NCBI GenBank assembly: GCA_000004985.1
Contig: GG738853.1
DNA length: 64,000 bases
Reading direction: 5' to 3' (one strand)
From: Naegleria gruberi
Lineage: Eukaryota
Shown: positions 1 to 10,604 of the stretch, in pieces
How the letters are laid out: every line of letters starts with the position of its first letter
Position numbering within the stretch: position 1 is the first letter of the stretch
Made by a program: the position numbers and the translations under genes
The notes under the pieces: generated by a model
The model's database searches: none
Told to the model about the DNA's origin: nothing
The model's input: the letters and a program-made list of their open reading frames with translations, nothing else

Positions 1-404
1 TAACCCAAACCCAAACCCAAACCCAAACCCAAACCCAAACCCAAACCCAAACCCAAACCCAAACCCAAACCCAAACCCAAACCCAAACCCAAACCCAAAC
101 CCAAACCCAAACCCAAACCCAAACCCAAACCCAAACCCAAACCCAAACCCAAACCCAAACCCAAACCCAAACCCAAACCCAACCCAAACCCAAACCCAAA
201 CCCAAACCCAAACCCAAACCCAAACCCAAACCCAAACCCAAACCCAAACCCAAACCCAAACCCAAACCCAAACCCAAACCAAAACCCAAACCCAAACCCA
301 AACCCAAACCCAAACCCAAACCCAAACCCAAACCCAAACCCAAACCCAAACCCAAACCCAAACCCAAACCCAAACCAAACCCCCAAACCCCAAACCACCT
401 AACC
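1..404. repeat. Terminal telomere tract, (CCCAAA)n on the + strand = (TTTGGG)n G-strand. About 65 near-perfect hexamers, degenerating at 370-404 (CCAAAC, CCCCAAA, CCACCTAACC variants).
   Basis: Direct reading of the sequence. The unit AAACCC repeats without interruption from position 1. The C-rich strand reads 5'->3' into the sequence, which is the orientation expected for a left chromosome end. Confidence 0.9.
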
Positions 405-486
405 TTTTTATTTATATTTGAATGACATATATGAAATTCAGATACTCAATATTGGCCGTTCGTTAGTCGTCGATGGGTTTTCGTCT

Positions 487-509
487 AACCCAAACCCAAA
501 CCCAACCCA
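487..509. repeat. Interstitial telomere-like block (AACCCAAACCCAAACCCAACCCA) at a subtelomeric unit boundary.
   Basis: It is preceded by a conserved junction motif TATTGGCCGTTCGTT...GGTTTTCG. The same motif recurs at 2216-2255. Confidence 0.8.
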
Positions 510-962
510 TTCAAATATCATAATATTTTATATCATTCGATTGGAAATGATGAGTAGAACAACGTAGTATATTTAGTTTTTCAATTTATAAAATATTAAC
601 TTTGTAAATAATGTCAGATTAAAATTTCATAAATGAAACCATATGAAGAATGATAATTTAAAAATCCTTTAATGAGATTATATAGTATATATCATCGTTA
701 ACAACATTCATAATCACTTTCATATAAAATTTCAAAAGTTCATCTCTGTAGGTATAAAAGTATAGAGGGAAAAGGGAAGTTGTGAGGTAAAATAGGTCAA
801 CTATAACTTTTGAGTTTCTCATCAAAACATATTGAAACCTGATATGAAAATGTTCCATTTGATGAGTAAACATCGAATATCAAATTTATTTTAACTTTCA
901 TATTTAAAGATTTCTTCCCTCAACCATCATGGTCAACTAGGGATGAAAAGGATGAAATCTTG

Positions 963-2156
963 AAAAAGGACCNNNNNNNNNNNNNNNNNNNNNNNNNNNN
1001 NNNNNNNNNNNNNNNNNNNNNNNNNNNNNNNNNNNNNNNNNNNNNNNNNNNNNNNNNNNNNNNNNNNNNNNNNNNNNNNNNNNNNNNNNNNNNNNNNNNN
1101 NNNNNNNNNNNNNNNNNNNNNNNNNNNNNNNNNNNNNNNNNNNNNNNNNNNNNNNNNNNNNNNNNNNNNNNNNNNNNNNNNNNNNNNNNNNNNNNNNNNN
1201 NNNNNNNNNNNNNNNNNNNNNNNNNNNNNNNNNNNNNNNNNNNNNNNNNNNNNNNNNNNNNNNNNNNNNNNNNNNNNNNNNNNNNNNNNNNNNNNNNNNN
1301 NNNNNNNNNNNNNNNNNNNNNNNNNNNNNNNNNNNNNNNNNNNNNNNNNNNNNNNNNNNNNNNNNNNNNNNNNNNNNNNNNNNNNNNNNNNNNNNNNNNN
1401 NNNNNNNNNNNNNNNNNNNNNNNNNNNNNNNNNNNNNNNNNNNNNNNNNNNNNNNNNNNNNNNNNNNNNNNNNNNNNNNNNNNNNNNNNNNNNNNNNNNN
1501 NNNNNNNNNNNNNNNNNNNNNNNNNNNNNNNNNNNNNNNNNNNNNNNNNNNNNNNNNNNNNNNNNNNNNNNNNNNNNNNNNNNNNNNNNNNNNNNNNNNN
1601 NNNNNNNNNNNNNNNNNNNNNNNNNNNNNNNNNNNNNNNNNNNNNNNNNNNNNNNNNNNNNNNNNNNNNNNNNNNNNNNNNNNNNNNNNNNNNNNNNNNN
1701 NNNNNNNNNNNNNNNNNNNNNNNNNNNNNNNNNNNNNNNNNNNNNNNNNNNNNNNNNNNNNNNNNNNNNNNNNNNNNNNNNNNNNNNNNNNNNNNNNNNN
1801 NNNNNNNNNNNNNNNNNNNNNNNNNNNNNNNNNNNNNNNNNNNNNNNNNNNNNNNNNNNNNNNNNNNNNNNNNNNNNNNNNNNNNNNNNNNNNNNNNNNN
1901 NNNNNNNNNNNNNNNNNNNNNNNNNNNNNNNNNNNNNNNNNNNNNNNNNNNNNNNNNNNNNNNNNNNNNNNNNNNNNNNNNNNNNNNNNNNNNNNNNNNN
2001 NNNNNNNNNNNNNNNNNNNNNNNNNNNNNNNNNNNNNNNNNNNNNNNNNNNNNNNNNNNNNNNNNNNNNNNNNNNNNNNNNNNNNNNNNNNNNNNNNNNN
2101 NNNNNNNNNNNNNNNNNNNNNNNNNNNNNNNNNNNNNNNNNNNNNNNNNNNNNNNN
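963..2156. other. Assembly/scaffold gap (1,194 N).
   Basis: Uninterrupted run of n. The ORF-track entry 960..2240 is an artefact of translating N. Confidence 0.99.
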
Positions 2157-2255
2157 GTATTACAGAATAGATATATTAATGTATTTAATAATACATATAT
2201 AAGAACTGGATATCCAATATTAGCCGTTCGTTTTATGTGATTAGGTTTTCGCCAT

Positions 2256-2281
2256 ACCCAAACCCAAACCCAAACTCAACC
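2256..2281. repeat. Interstitial telomere-like block (ACCCAAACCCAAACCCAAACTCAACC) at a subtelomeric unit boundary.
   Basis: Same context as 487-509 (TATTAGCCGTTCGTT...GGTTTTCGCCAT). Confidence 0.8.
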
Positions 2282-5200
2282 ACAAGAATTTTTCTAAACC
2301 CAACCTTCAAACCCTAGCCCAAAATTATAAACTTATTCAAATATCATAAAATTTTATATCATTCGATTGTAAATGATGAGTAGAACAACGTAGTATATTT
2401 AGTTTTTCAATTTATAAAATATTAACTTTGTAAATAATGTCAGATTAAAATTTGTAAAATGATACCATAGGAAGAAAGTTAATTTCAAAATCCTTTAATG
2501 AGATTATATAGTCAATATCATCATTAACAACATTCATAATCACTCTCATATCTAATTTCAAAAGTTCAAGTTTGTAGACACAAGAGTATGAAGTGAAAAG
2601 GGAAGTTGTGAGGTAAAAGAGGTCAACTATAACTTTTGAGTTTCTCATCAAAACATATTGAATCCTAATATGAAAATGTTCCATTTGATGAGTAAACATC
2701 GAATATCAAATTTATTTTAACTTTCATATTTAAAGATTTCTTCCCTCAATCACACATGGTCTACTATGATGAAAAGGATGAAATCTTGAAAAAGGACCAC
2801 CTATTGAAACTTTACCAAAATGATGTACATGATCTATAATGATATAGAATTCAATTTCATGTCCTAATAATCAGAAATGGTATCATGGGAAGGTATATGT
2901 TGATATTTTTTGGTTGACTTTAGAGAAAGACAAGTCAGACCAACTCTATCAAATACATAACCAACAATATATACATAAAAATGCTCCATTCGATGAGTAC
3001 AGATAGAATATAAAGTTTATTTTCACTTTTATATTCAGGATTTCAACTCTAACATGCCATCTGATAAACAATGAACACGGATGAATTTCTGGAAAATGAC
3101 CACTTTATGAAACTTTACCATCATGTTATACATCTCTACTAATGTATATGGTTCAATTTTCAGACAGTTTGGTGAACATTCTATCTTTCAATAAGGCAAA
3201 GGGTGAAATTTCAAGGTTGTCTTGGAAGATCAGGAGGAAATCTTGAATATAGAGAACCACATCCTCAATCTACTAAATACATATCAATCGATTGGAAATC
3301 GATAGTACATCTCGAAAATATCATTTATTTTATGTTTTGAAATCTCTCCTTTACCTCTTTTGGTCAATTAAGACAATTAAGGATGAGACTATAGGAAAAG
3401 TTACCAATCTCAAAATAAATGATAATATCGTGTTCCACATCTCAAATAAAGTGGACTTTCTTCAAATTATATATTTTCATTTCAAGAAATGTATCCAGTA
3501 GATAGTACATGGTGATTTGTCAGGTGGATTGATAGAATCTGAAAGGTACAGAAACAACTCCATTTTCAATGAAATTGATACCATGACATGTAGACACACT
3601 AATTAGCATATTATATCAATTTCATAAATATTGGTTCAGTAGATGTCGAGTTGTCAACTCTATCATTTTACTATAGAACTTTGACATCAAATTAAAGCTT
3701 ATGCTCCAACTCGCTCATTATACATACAATCAATCTAGAATTGATATCACATAAATTATACATCAATTATATATACTGTATATAGTTTGGAAACAATTAG
3801 TATTACTTTCAATTAGTGAGTCAGTAAATGTTCAATGTCAATAGTGATTATATCCAAGTGTACACTCTATCTCAATGAATGTACATCCTATCATCGTGTA
3901 ACTTTACCATGGACGTTTAAACACACTGTTATACATATGGTATCAATTTTAGTCTGTTAGAATTGAATTAAGTATGATAATAATAACAGTCTATCACATT
4001 GTCATAATTCAACATATAGAATATACTCCATCTCAGTCAATTTACAAAATATCATACTTGTATCAAATATGAATACACTCCGCTTGATGAGGAGAACAAT
4101 CTGAGAAAGTTTCATATTCATGGCTCAATATCTTTAACTCAACTAAGGTAATCAATTAGGAAGAATCTTAATTCCAAAATTAAATTTTACCATCATATCA
4201 CAATTACTGAATAATGAAATACTTATACAAGAATCATATGATCAATTGTAATGTTCATGTCAATAATCAGTGAAGGTACCATTTCATCAGCCTTAGTGTT
4301 CACATCTCAATATCTAGACAGTCAATGTGACTGAAACTTGATATACAACCTATTTAGATGATATAATGATGACTCTCCATTGTAACATGCATGTGTAATT
4401 GAATGTTGACACTTTTCATATTGTTATATTTATAGAGATGGTATCCAACAGAGTCAGTTCACAATGTTAAATATTGAAACTCATTCTGTATGGTATATTT
4501 GGTGTATAGAGTGGTTTTTTTATTGATTGTAATCAGTTTGAAATAATTTGATGAAATTGACACTGTCTAGTCACCATTACATAACAAATAGACCATAGTT
4601 TACATTCCATCTCAGTCATTTCGACGAGTTATTGATTAATTCCACCACCATTATGTTTCTCATACATTGTAGTACAGTTTATATTTCAAGAGTGATTTCT
4701 GTGTAGATTATTATAATCGAAATACCTTGCAATACCAATAAAACTCAATAGAAGAGTTAATTCATCTCATTTTCAAATAGATTATTCAATATAGAACACA
4801 TCTAGATAGTTTCCAGATCATAAAAGTCAAGATACTATATATGGTCTTTGATTAAATTTAAAAATAGACTGCCGTTAATTACTGGAATATTAATTCAAAG
4901 CTTGATGATAAAGCTGTTGATTGAAATCAAACCGATTATTGAATATTGATCATTGAATTGGTGAATAATCACTCTTGATAATGTTACTTATTCAGATTGC
5001 ATGCAAATCAACCTGATTCAATCTACAAAGGTTGGTAGTTGCACCACTACGTGGCGAAACTACCCATCCACGATCAATCAACATAAGAATCACTTCCATT
5101 CAACTCAATTTGACCGTTATAATCAATAAATCAATGAAATGTTCCTTTATTAGCAATACCTATTCAATCTAACGAGTAGATTCACGTCCCAAACATTTGA

Positions 5201-5376
5201 CTTCTAAAAGTCCATAATTCACAAGTTAGTACTGACCTGACCTTTAAATATCTATCAATACAAGAAATGAAACCATCAAATTTACATCATTAATAGATGA
5301 TAAGAAATATAATCAATGATATGAATCTTCACTAAGTAATCTCTTAAATAACCCAAATAAATCAACTCTGAATCCT

Positions 5377-5393
5377 AACCAAACCCAACCCAC
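5377..5393. repeat. Degenerate interstitial telomere-like block (TAACCAAACCCAACCCAC) at the third unit boundary.
   Basis: It sits where the second unit ends and the third begins (the 5395 sequence matches 2405 and 600). Confidence 0.6.
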
Positions 5394-8300
5394 TTTGTAA
5401 ATAATGTCAGATTAAAATTTCTAAAATGAAACCATAGGAAGAATGATAATTTCAAAATCCTTTAATGAGATTATATAGTATATATCATCATTAACAACAT
5501 TTATAATCACTTTCATATAAAATTTCAAAAGTTCAAGTCTGTAGATATAAAAGTATAGAGGGAAAAGGGAAGTTGTGAGGTACAAGAGGTCAACTATAAC
5601 TTTTGAGTTTCTCATCAAAACATATTGAATCCTAATATGAAAATGTTCCATTTGATGAGTATACGTCGAATATCAAATTTATTTTAACTTTCATATTTAC
5701 AGATTTCTTCCCTCAACCATCATACGGTCAACTATGATGAACAGGATGAAATCTTGAAAAAGGACCACCTATTGAAACTTTACCAAAATGATGTACATGA
5801 TCTATAATGATATAGAATTCAATTTCATGTCCTAATAATCAGAAATGGTATCATGGGAAGGTAAATGTTGATATTTTTTGGTTGACTTTAGAGAAAGACA
5901 AGTCAGACCAACTCTATCAAATACATCACTTCAACCAACAATATATACATGAAAATGCTCCATTCGATGAGTAGAGATAGAATATCAAGTTTATTTTAAC
6001 TTTTATATTCACGATTTCAACTCTAACATGCCATCTGATAAACTATGGACACGGATGAATTTCTGGAAAATGACCACTTTATGAAACTTTACCATCATGT
6101 TATACATCTCTACTAATGTATATGGTTCAATTTTCAGACAGTTTGGTGAACATTCTATCTTTCAATAAGGCAAAGGGTGAAATTTCAAGGTTGTCTTTGG
6201 AAGATCAGGAGGAAATCTTGAATATAGAGAACCAAATCCTCAATCTACAAAATACATATCAATCGATTGGAAATCAATAGTACATCTCGAAAATATCATT
6301 TATTTTATGTTTTGAAATCTCTCCTTGACCTCTTTTAGTCAATTAAGACAATTAAGGATGAGACTATAGGAAAAGTTACCAATCTCAAAATAAATGATAA
6401 TATCGTGTTCCACATCTCAAATAAAGTGGACTTTCTTCAAATTATATATTTTCATTTCAATAAATGCATCCGTTAGATAGTACATGGTGATATTTCAATG
6501 GAATGGATGGAAATCTGAAAGGTACAGAAACAACTCCATTTTCACTTAAATCAATATCATTACATGTAGACGCTCTAATTAGAATATGATATCAATTTCA
6601 TGAATATTGGTTCAGTAGATGTCGACATGTCAACTCTATCAATTTACTATAGACATTTGACATGATATCATAGATTATGCTCCAACTCACTCATTTTACA
6701 TATAATCAGTCTAGAATTAATACCACATAGCCTATACATCAATTAAATACATCTACAATAGTTTAGAAACATTTCAAACTACTTTCATAAAATTAATCAG
6801 TAAATGTTCAATCTCAACACTTTATATATCCTAGTGAACACTCCATATCAGTGAAAGTACATCCAATCATCCTGTAACTTTACCATATACCTTTAATCAC
6901 TCTATTATACATCTGGTATCAATTTCATACAGTTAGAATTGAATTCAGTATGATAATAATAACAATCTTTCAAAATGACACATTTCAATAAAAAGATTAC
7001 ACTCCATCTCAGTCAGTTTACAAAATATCATACTAGTATCAAATATGAATAGACTCCTCTTGATGAGGAGAACAATTTGAGAAAGTTTCATATTCATGGC
7101 TCAGTATCTTCAAGTAAACTAAGTAACCTTAGAATAGACAAGTCAATTAAGTACATCAATTCAACAATTGAAAATTGAAATATAGTATATTTATTACAAA
7201 TTAATAGGACTCTTCTAAATAACTATATCGTTTAAATTAATATTTGTAAAGTTGTCAACACATCATGTCACAGATCATACTCTTTCTCAATGAATAGTTG
7301 ACTAAATCAATTTAAAATGACATACAGTTGTTTATACATAGTATTGTATATGTGGTATCAATATCTTTTAAAATTGTCAAGTATTAAGGAAGATCTAAAA
7401 AAATAAGGTGGTAAAATTGAATAAGTTAGTAAAATGACCTTGAATCGATCACTCGTCACTTAATTGACACTCCAACATACAACCACTGAACCAACAGTGC
7501 TAAAGCTTTAATTTCTAGAAATGATTCGTATGAATAACCAAGGGGTTGTATGACTATTAAGGGAAAATTGTCGGTTTCTATTAAGAACAACAATTAACAA
7601 CAAATAACAACAAGAATTGTATCATTATATGATAATAACAATAATTTATTAAACGATATGGAAGGGAGAAGTTGCTCCCTCACCAAATGATGAGGGGAAG
7701 ATTCAACTTGATGATCAAGAGATGGTACCTCCACCAATCTACTTAAATTATAATATCATTGAAGATTATCCTGATGATCTTGTTGATAAATAGATTCATA
7801 CATCGGAATAGTTTTGGAAGCAGAGTTATTTAGCGTTGTATTTTGATAATCGTAATATTTTAAAGGGTTAAAAATGGAGTTGATTAATGCGATTATCAAA
7901 ATAATGGCTTCAAATCCATGGCTATTAGCATTGCCAACAAGCAAATAACTTGTGGAGTGAGAAACATTACCACTACCTTCTAAATAATATTAATAAATAT
8001 TATTTACTTGTTCCTTAATGATCTTAATGATATCGGAATAAGTGCGCACCGCAATTAAAGGTAGTTTCACACTTGTTCAACACAGCTATTAAGCAATAGA
8101 AAATTAACAAGTTTAACACCAATTCAAATACAAAATGCTCAACAATTACTGAATTAAATGCAAATATCCCAACGTCATTTTGTAGAGAATTAAGTTGAAC
8201 CTATGCGATTTTTCACCGTTTGCCAAATGGTTGCGTATATAGCAAGCCCCCCCAAGAGAACAAAAAACACAGAAATATCGAGGTAAAACGAGTTGATTAT

Positions 8301-8836
8301 CTCCATTATTTGATAGCAACCAATATTAAAATTATATATCAGCATGTAGCCGTGAACATTTCCTATCTAATGATATATATCGATGTATATGAAGTCTTAT
8401 AAATAATGATGTTTTAAGAGCGCAGATTAATATCCAAACCCTTTAACAGATATTAAAAAGACACACATTCCTGGAAGTTATGAAGGTTCAACTGAAGATT
8501 TCCCATCAGAGGAAAGTACAAAATTCAAACCAATTAACAGTTTACGTGAATCCTCTTTAAATGCATCAACTGGATCATCTAGTTATTCAGATCCAATTCA
8601 AAATTATGAAATTCAAGAAAGAATTGGTCAAGGTGCATTCGGAAGTGTGTGCAAAGCAAAAGATTTGAAATCTGGAATAACAAGAGCAGTTAAAGCACTT
8701 AAATATTCCAACAATGAAGATTTGAATTTAATGATGAAAGAAGGAATGCAACTGATGAACATTTCACACTCAAATATTTTAAGAGTGAATGATTTATTTG
8801 TTGGAAATAATCAATTATTATATATTGATATGGATT

Positions 8837-8844
8837 ATTATGAA
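8837..8844. repeat. Left copy of the target-site duplication ATTATGAA.
   Basis: It is identical to the 8-mer at 9547-9554, immediately outside the TIRs. Confidence 0.75.
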
Positions 8845-9546
8845 TAGACGGTGGGCAGTACCCTGTATTCGTTGTTCCAACCAAATTTTTTAGAGTCGAG
8901 CCAATTTTATAAATATTTTAATATTATTTATTCTTCTGATGATATTTCGTCGCCACTTTATTCATCACTTCCACTTTGTGGATTCTGATGCATCATCTTC
9001 CTCATATTCTGATCCGCTGGTAGTATCGTCTTGGTAAATTCTTGGAAAGCTTTTGGAGTTTATGGTTTGATGGTTGGTATTTCATCATCAACAGGATTTC
9101 CTCTTTTTGTTGCCAATTTCTTGGTTTCTTTGTTGTTGGAGATTTAGATGTAAGAAGAAGATTCCAGTCAAAGAAATTTCCTGATGATGGGTTGTTGTAT
9201 ATATATTCTAGCCAACTGCCATGTTGTTCAGTTGCTTCCAAATACCAGCTTGTGATTGGACATTGTGGCCAGTAGACAAAATCTCTTAATTTTTTTAAAT
9301 TTTAATTTAACGGTTTTTACAACCAAATGTCAAAGCAACGGATCTTCTGTGGCTCGACTTTGAAATTTTTTTGTCTGACCCGGCTCGACTTGTAAAAATT
9401 TTTGTCTGACCCGGCTTGACTTGTAAATTTTTTAGCCTGACCCGGCTCGACTTGGAAATTTCGCAAGTTCTACATAAAATGCCTCTGGCTCGACTTTGAA
9501 ATTTTTACTCCCTGACCCGGCATTTTACATCACTGACCACCGTCTA
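8845..9546. mobile_element. Non-autonomous DNA transposon (MITE-like, hAT-like by its TSD length). It is 702 bp, with perfect 10-bp terminal inverted repeats TAGACGGTGG...CCACCGTCTA (the imperfect match extends to ~14 bp) and a flanking 8-bp direct duplication ATTATGAA.
   Basis: I read the TIRs and the TSD directly from the sequence. Removing 8845-9546 plus one TSD copy joins ...GATTATTATGAA|AATGGAGATTTA..., which encodes DYYENGDL. That is exactly the expected kinase subdomain V sequence, so the insertion site is in a coding exon. The element has no long ORF; ORF 9002..9241 is low-complexity. An internal minisatellite lies at 9351-9521. Confidence 0.75.
9351..9521. repeat. Minisatellite with a ~31-bp unit (GGCTCGACTTGTAAAAATTTTTGTCTGACCC) in about 5 copies, relatively GC-rich, inside the TIR element.
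   Basis: Direct repeats seen at 9351, 9382, 9413, 9444 (diverged) and 9487. Confidence 0.8.
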
Positions 9547-9554
9547 ATTATGAA
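9547..9554. repeat. Right copy of the target-site duplication ATTATGAA.
   Basis: See 8837-8844. Confidence 0.75.
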
Positions 9555-10604
9555 AATGGAGATTTATGTAAACTCATTTACAAACAAACTTCTAATGTTG
9601 CAGAAAAGGTTATTTTCCAAATATTGGAACAATCTTGTAAGGCATTAGATTATGTTCACTCTGAATTGAAAATTATTCACAGAGATGTAAAACCAAGTAA
9701 TATTTATTTTCATCAAATCATATGAGGTTAATGAAAATATTCATGTAATTTTAGCAGATTTTGGTCTTGCCAAACAAACTCAAGGATCAATCAATAACTC
9801 ATACGCTGGCACTCCTCTTTATATGAGTCCTGAATGGACTGGTTTAGGTGCTAAATATTCTTACAATACTGATATTTATTCATTAGGTGTTACAATTTAT
9901 CAAATAATGACTAAGGATTCACAAACTTCCATAAGTCATCTTTATTTAACAATGGATTCTGCAGAAGTGAAAGAGTATTTGAAGAACATGATGAATGAAC
10001 CGGCTGTTTATTCTTCAAAATTGATTGAAATTGTGTTATCAATGTTAGAAAAAGACACTAACAAGAGACCAGCAGCAAAAGACATTCTAAAAACAATAAA
10101 TTAATGAGATAGTTTAATTCTTGTTATGTTTCTATTTATTAGTTATCCTTGATTTTTCATACAACATGAGTCCACAAGTTATTGAATACACCACAAGTTT
10201 GATTAGAAATATAAGGTTGACATCCACTACACACAAATATTTCAGTAACATCATGATATTCAATTCTCCAATTTCCTCCAAAAGTTGCTTGAAACATAAT
10301 TCCCATATTAAACATTTTACCATGTGGAATAAATGATCATGATGACGATTATTCTTGCAACTCATGTGCAATCTTGAACTGCCATCAGTCCCATGTAATT
10401 CCAATAGATCCTTCACCTAGTCCAATAATTGCTCGATTTATGTTTCGTCCATAACCTACGAAAGGTTGAGGTTTGGTAATTTCCTCATTTCTCATAGGTT
10501 CCAATTGATTAATCATGTCTTTGAGAATGTATCTTCCAAATTAATCTGTAAACTTTCACTGCTTATTCCAAGTCCGAGTATTAATGAAGTATGTTCCAAT
10601 GCAA

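Larger units (their letters stand above)
405..7140. repeat. Subtelomeric tandem array with period ~3.0 kb. There is a partial unit at 405-962 that runs into the N gap, a full unit at ~2256-5376, and a partial unit at ~5377-7140. Each unit contains two diverged ~310-bp sub-repeats (e.g. 2672-2980 and 2982-3290; 5640-5948 and 5950-6260).
   Basis: Long near-identical stretches recur at offsets of ~2.98 kb: 540-960 vs 2340-2760 vs 5395-5760; 2760-3500 vs 5745-6480; 3880-4140 vs 6860-7120. Identity is roughly 85-95% by eye. The unit ends differ by indels. Confidence 0.85.
8431..10104 (+). pseudogene. Ser/Thr protein kinase that is probably a pseudogene. It carries kinase subdomains I-XI (GQGAFGSV ... 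HRDVKPSNIYF ... ADFGLAK ... GTPLYMSPE ... DIYSLGV). The frame is open only from 8431 and has no in-frame ATG. It is interrupted by a 702-bp TIR element at 8845-9546 and by a 19-bp frame-breaking insertion at ~9711-9729.
   Basis: The ORFs 8647..8847 and 9823..10104 plus my manual translation of 9555-9710 give LYIDMDYYE | NGDLCKLIY...HRDVKPSNIYF | NENIHVILADFGLAK. Each break can be bridged by deleting the inserted DNA. No canonical GT-AG intron fits either break. Confidence 0.6.

Noticed and set aside
658-873. A small ORF (71-84 aa) present in all three copies of the subtelomeric repeat (also 2445..2699 and 5421..5651).
   Set aside because: Its recurrence is explained by the DNA repeat itself. 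The copies differ by many non-synonymous changes and variable ends, the product is low-complexity, and there is no start/stop conservation. It is probably non-coding.
960-2240. A 426-aa ORF consisting of X residues.
   Set aside because: It is an artefact of translating the N-run assembly gap.
9002-9275. ORFs of 79 and 77 aa inside the 702-bp TIR element, considered as a possible transposase remnant.
   Set aside because: They are too short, overlap each other on opposite strands, and have no DDE/hAT motifs. The element is best regarded as non-autonomous.
8845-9546. Possibility that the 702-bp element is simply a spliceosomal intron of the kinase gene.
   Set aside because: No GT...AG pair at any register reproduces the DYYE|NGDL junction. 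Verified introns elsewhere in the window are canonical GT-AG. The perfect TIR+TSD structure is better explained by transposition. It is still listed as something RNA data could overturn.
10121-10600. ORFs 10132..10416 (-) and 10466..10657 (+) downstream of the kinase.
   Set aside because: The fragments read like bits of a decayed or intron-rich gene (e.g. ...KPQPFVGYGRN...), but there is no domain or coherent exon structure. Such debris is plausible in a subtelomeric region.
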